DNA of 63,640 nucleotides, counting the filler, from Licmophora abbreviata (lineage: Eukaryota): the NCBI GenBank assembly GCA_900291995.1. It is 10 parts of 10 records of this genome, joined end to end, with 100 filler letters (N's around TTAATTAATTAA, not from the genome) between each part and the next. Parts side by side here need not be neighbours in the genome. Positions count along the whole stretch, not along the records: positions 56,125 to 61,715 come from OLMU01005244.1; positions 61,816 to 63,640 come from OLMU01005247.1; 8 more parts are not named here. One strand, 5' to 3'. This document shows positions 60,762 through 63,640 of this stretch, in pieces (the first letter of the stretch is position 1; every line of letters begins with the position of its first letter). The translations under genes and the position numbers were made by a program. The notes beneath the pieces are model-generated. The model did no database searches and was not told the origin of the DNA. It worked only from the letters and a program-made list of their open reading frames with translations.

Positions 60762-61715
60762 TCATCCTTTCCAACCTCGCAAACGAACTTTGCAGCTTTC
60801 ACAGGCATTGCGAAAGACGTCGTTTACCTGTGCGCGATAAGTCCTGTAAAACCAGTGATTGAGTGAGTCGTGGACACTGTTAGAGATGACATACCCGATA
60901 TGAAGCAAGCGACGACAACGAAACGTCATTTCCACGTACATTGCCTCGAGGGCGAAAGGGCTCGAGGGTTCATTGAATTGGATACAGTTATCAAAGCAAA
61001 GAAGTAGGTCGTCCTGCAGGTCTTTGATGTGCTCGTAGACGGGCATCCTGTCCTCACGTATGGATCGAAAGTCCATAGGAATGGCGATCGCCTTTTTGTA
61101 TGCTGCCGCAATCTCAGGACACAGCTCCTGCACCGGGGCGGAGAAAGTGCCATTAATATCTAATGCGGACATGGCGTTCATGACGGCAGCTCCCACATCA
61201 CTAATTCGCCGAAGCTGAATCTCAGGCCAAGGTTCGAGCACTACCGAAATGGCTTCGTCTTGGCTTCGAGTCTCCACAGTACGGGACTTCTTCGATGCCT
61301 TCGATCGCCGTCCACGTCGTCCACTAGATCTCCGCTTGCGGGAGTCTCCTTCGTTCCTCTCCTCCTCAGATGAGGTGTCGTCCTCTACCTCAGAGTTACT
61401 GAGATCTGCCATCGAATGTCTCGGCTTCTCGCGTAGAGAACGACGTTGCGAAGGAGATTCAGCAGGCTCGTCGATCTCAGAATTTTCTCGCTTTCTCGGG
61501 AGGTGAAGGGACGATCTCCGAGTTTCTCGTCTCTTCTCGGTCTCATCCTCGGACAAACCACTACTGGCATAATCTCCTTCGTCTCCATTGTCGTCTGAGC
61601 TGTAGGTTCGTCTTCGCCCAAATCGTGGGCTCTGGCGAGAAGCCGCCGCTCGACGGGGTCTTGAGGACGGATTGGGATCTGAAGGTATCGTCGAACGAAG
61701 AGGCGGGGTTTGCTC
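60762..61715 (-). CDS. Bromodomain protein; 5' part lost in gap; probable intron near the 3' end
   Basis: F.APV......Y...I..PMDF..I...Y.....LQDDL.L.FDNC..FN...S. Confidence 0.85.
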   Translation of the reverse strand, partial: EQTPPLRSTIPSDPNPSSRPRRAAASRQSPRFGRRRTYSSDDNGDEGDYASSGLSEDETEKRRETRRSSLHLPRKRENSEIDEPAESPSQRRSLREKPRHSMADLSNSEVEDDTSSEEERNEGDSRKRRSSGRRGRRSKASKKSRTVETRSQDEAISVVLEPWPEIQLRRISDVGAAVMNAMSALDINGTFSAPVQELCPEIAAAYKKAIAIPMDFRSIREDRMPVYEHIKDLQDDLLLCFDNCIQFNEPSSPFALEAMYVEMTFRCRRLLHIGYVISNSVHDSLNHWFYRTYRAQVNDVFRNACESCKVRLRGWKG

Positions 61716-61815
61716 NNNNNNNNNNNNNNNNNNNNNNNNNNNNNNNNNNNNNNNNNNNNTTAATTAATTAANNNNNNNNNNNNNNNNNNNNNNNNNNNNN
61801 NNNNNNNNNNNNNNN

Positions 61816-63640
61816 AGCTGGTCACCGACTGTGACGCCTTCGCTGTCGCCGACTGAGCAGCCTACGGCAGCACCTTCCCTCGGGCCGACTGGAAAGCCTA
61901 CTCTGTCACCTACGGTGACGCCTAGCGATCAGCCCACAACGACACCAAGCACGGCCCCCACGGAGTCTCCGACGGAGCTGCCTACAATCACACCTTCTGA
62001 GAATCCTAGTGTGTCCCCAACCGATTCTCCTACCGAGACACCGACCATGCAGCCTACGGAGACACCCTCGCTGACGCCGACCGTGCAATATTCCGTCTCG
62101 CCCAGCCAGTCGCCCACTTGGACTCCTAGTGCTTCTCCTTCCAGTTCACCAACTCGGCGCCCTTCTCAGCTTCCTACTGATTCTCCTTCCGAGCTTCCTA
62201 CAGTGGCAGATTCAATGACCCCCACCGTGCAGCATAGTGCCTCTCCAACTGAAGCTCCTTCCGAGTCGCCGACTGGATATCCAACGGAGTCGCCTTCAGT
62301 GTCACCCACTGGGCAGCCCACATTGCCTCCTACTGAGTCTCCAACACAGTCCCCGACTGAGCTGCCAACGGTGTCGCCATCGACATCTCCCACTCACCAG
62401 CCTACTGCCTCACCGACGGGGTCACCCAGCGGAAGCCCTAGCTGGTCACCGACTGTGACGCCTTCACTGTCGCCGACTGAGCCGCCTACGGCAGCACCAT
62501 CTCTCAGGCCGACTGGAAAGCCTACTCTGTCACCTACTGTGACGCCTAGCGAGCAGCCCACAATGACACCAAGCACGTCGCCGACCGTGACAGCTTCGCT
62601 GTCGCCGACTGAGCAGCCTACGGCAGCACCTTCCTTCAGGCCGAGTGGAAAGCCTACTCTGTCACCGACTGTGACGCCTAGCGAGCAGCCCACAAGCACA
62701 CCAAGCACGGCTCCCACGGAGTCTCCGACGGAGCTGCCTACAGTCACACCTTCTGAGAGTCCTAGTGCATCCCCAACTGCATCTCCTACCAAGACGCCGA
62801 CCGAACAGCCTACGGACGCGCCCTCGCTGACACCGACAGAGCAGTATTCCGTCTCGCCCAGCCAGTCGCCCACTTGGACTCCTAGTGCTTCACCGATCGA
62901 CGCTCCATCAACGTCACCAACGATTCCACCTTCAGATGAGCCCACAACTATACCTTCTGATACTCCCAGTACGTCCCCAAGCGAACCTCCCGATGATTCG
63001 GACGCAGGTGGATTTATCATTCCGTCATTCACCGATCCACCGACTGAGCCTCCCACCGTTTCGGATTCTGGTGGATTTGTTCTTCCAGGAGTTACGAACG
63101 CACCTACAGATGCACCTTCCGCTGTACCTACTGCATCGCCTTCAGCGCCCCCCTCCGAATCGCCCAGCGAAAAACCTACAGATTCTCCGACTGGGCCGCC
63201 AACAGAATCACCCACAGATGCTCCTACTGAATCGCCCACCAATAATCCCAGCAATGCGCCAACCGATGCACCCACTGATTCACTTTCCGAGTCGCCTACG
63301 GATGCACCGACTGGTTCTCCTACTCAGTCGCCAACAGAGTCGCCCACCGAGTCACCCACCGATAATCCCAGCAATGCGCCAACTGATGCACCCACCGATT
63401 CACCTACCAAGTCGCCTACGGATGCACCGACTGGTTCTCCTACTCAGTCGCCAACAACATCGCCGACGGATGCACCCACACTTTCGCCTACGGAGTCGCC
63501 AACAGAATCGCCCACCGAGTCACCCACCGATAATCCGACCGATAATCCCAGCAATGCGCCAACTGATGCACCCACCGATTCACCTACCAAGTCGCCTACG
63601 GATGCACCGACTGGTTCACCTACTCAGTCGCCAACAGCAT
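61816..63640 (+). CDS. Fragment of a mucin-like Pro/Thr/Ser (SPT/PT) repeat surface protein, open at both ends
   Basis: Own translation from 61816: SWSPTVTPSLSPTEQPTAAPS...PTDAPTGSPTQSPT; no stop seen; internal duplications. Confidence 0.8.

Noticed and set aside
62394..63275. 293-aa Gly/Val-rich minus-strand ORF
   Set aside because: Antisense shadow of Pro/Thr/Ser codons on the + strand
63230..63640. Direct repeats as a CRISPR-like array
   Set aside because: In-frame coding repeats with no unique spacers and no cas genes, in a eukaryotic context

Overview
Gene-dense eukaryotic nuclear DNA, most likely a diatom. The basis is short GT-AG introns, bipartite signal + ASAF-type plastid-targeting N-termini and protein families typical of diatoms; the species cannot be determined from the sequence alone. 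The window is a scaffold of 10 contigs joined by nine identical artificial 100-nt spacers (N44-TTAATTAATTAA-N44). About 30 genes or gene fragments can be supported: two paralogous PPR proteins, a GYG K+ channel, a tandem trio of secreted Asp/Glu/Ser-rich proteins, plastid FNR, an ArfGAP, a DsbA/FrnE protein, two Pro/Thr/Ser-stalk surface proteins, a P-loop ATPase, GST, two DUF6824-like + CRAL-TRIO-like paralogs, an FkbM-like methyltransferase, an FAD monooxygenase, a PhyH-type dioxygenase fusion, a SNARE end, PAP2, an LRR membrane protein, a very large membrane flavoprotein, and Sec14, DnaJ-TM and bromodomain proteins. Six otherwise intact genes carry single-base frameshifts, mostly in homopolymers, which points to assembly error. 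The best novelty candidates are (1) the three-gene cluster of acidic RXL-motif secreted proteins at 5487-9005, a possible silica-biomineralisation locus, and (2) the ~2,300-aa MICAL-like flavoenzyme with C-terminal membrane helices at 38231-45652. No rRNA, tRNA, CRISPR array or transposon was recognised. All family calls come from motif recognition by eye; no database search was run.
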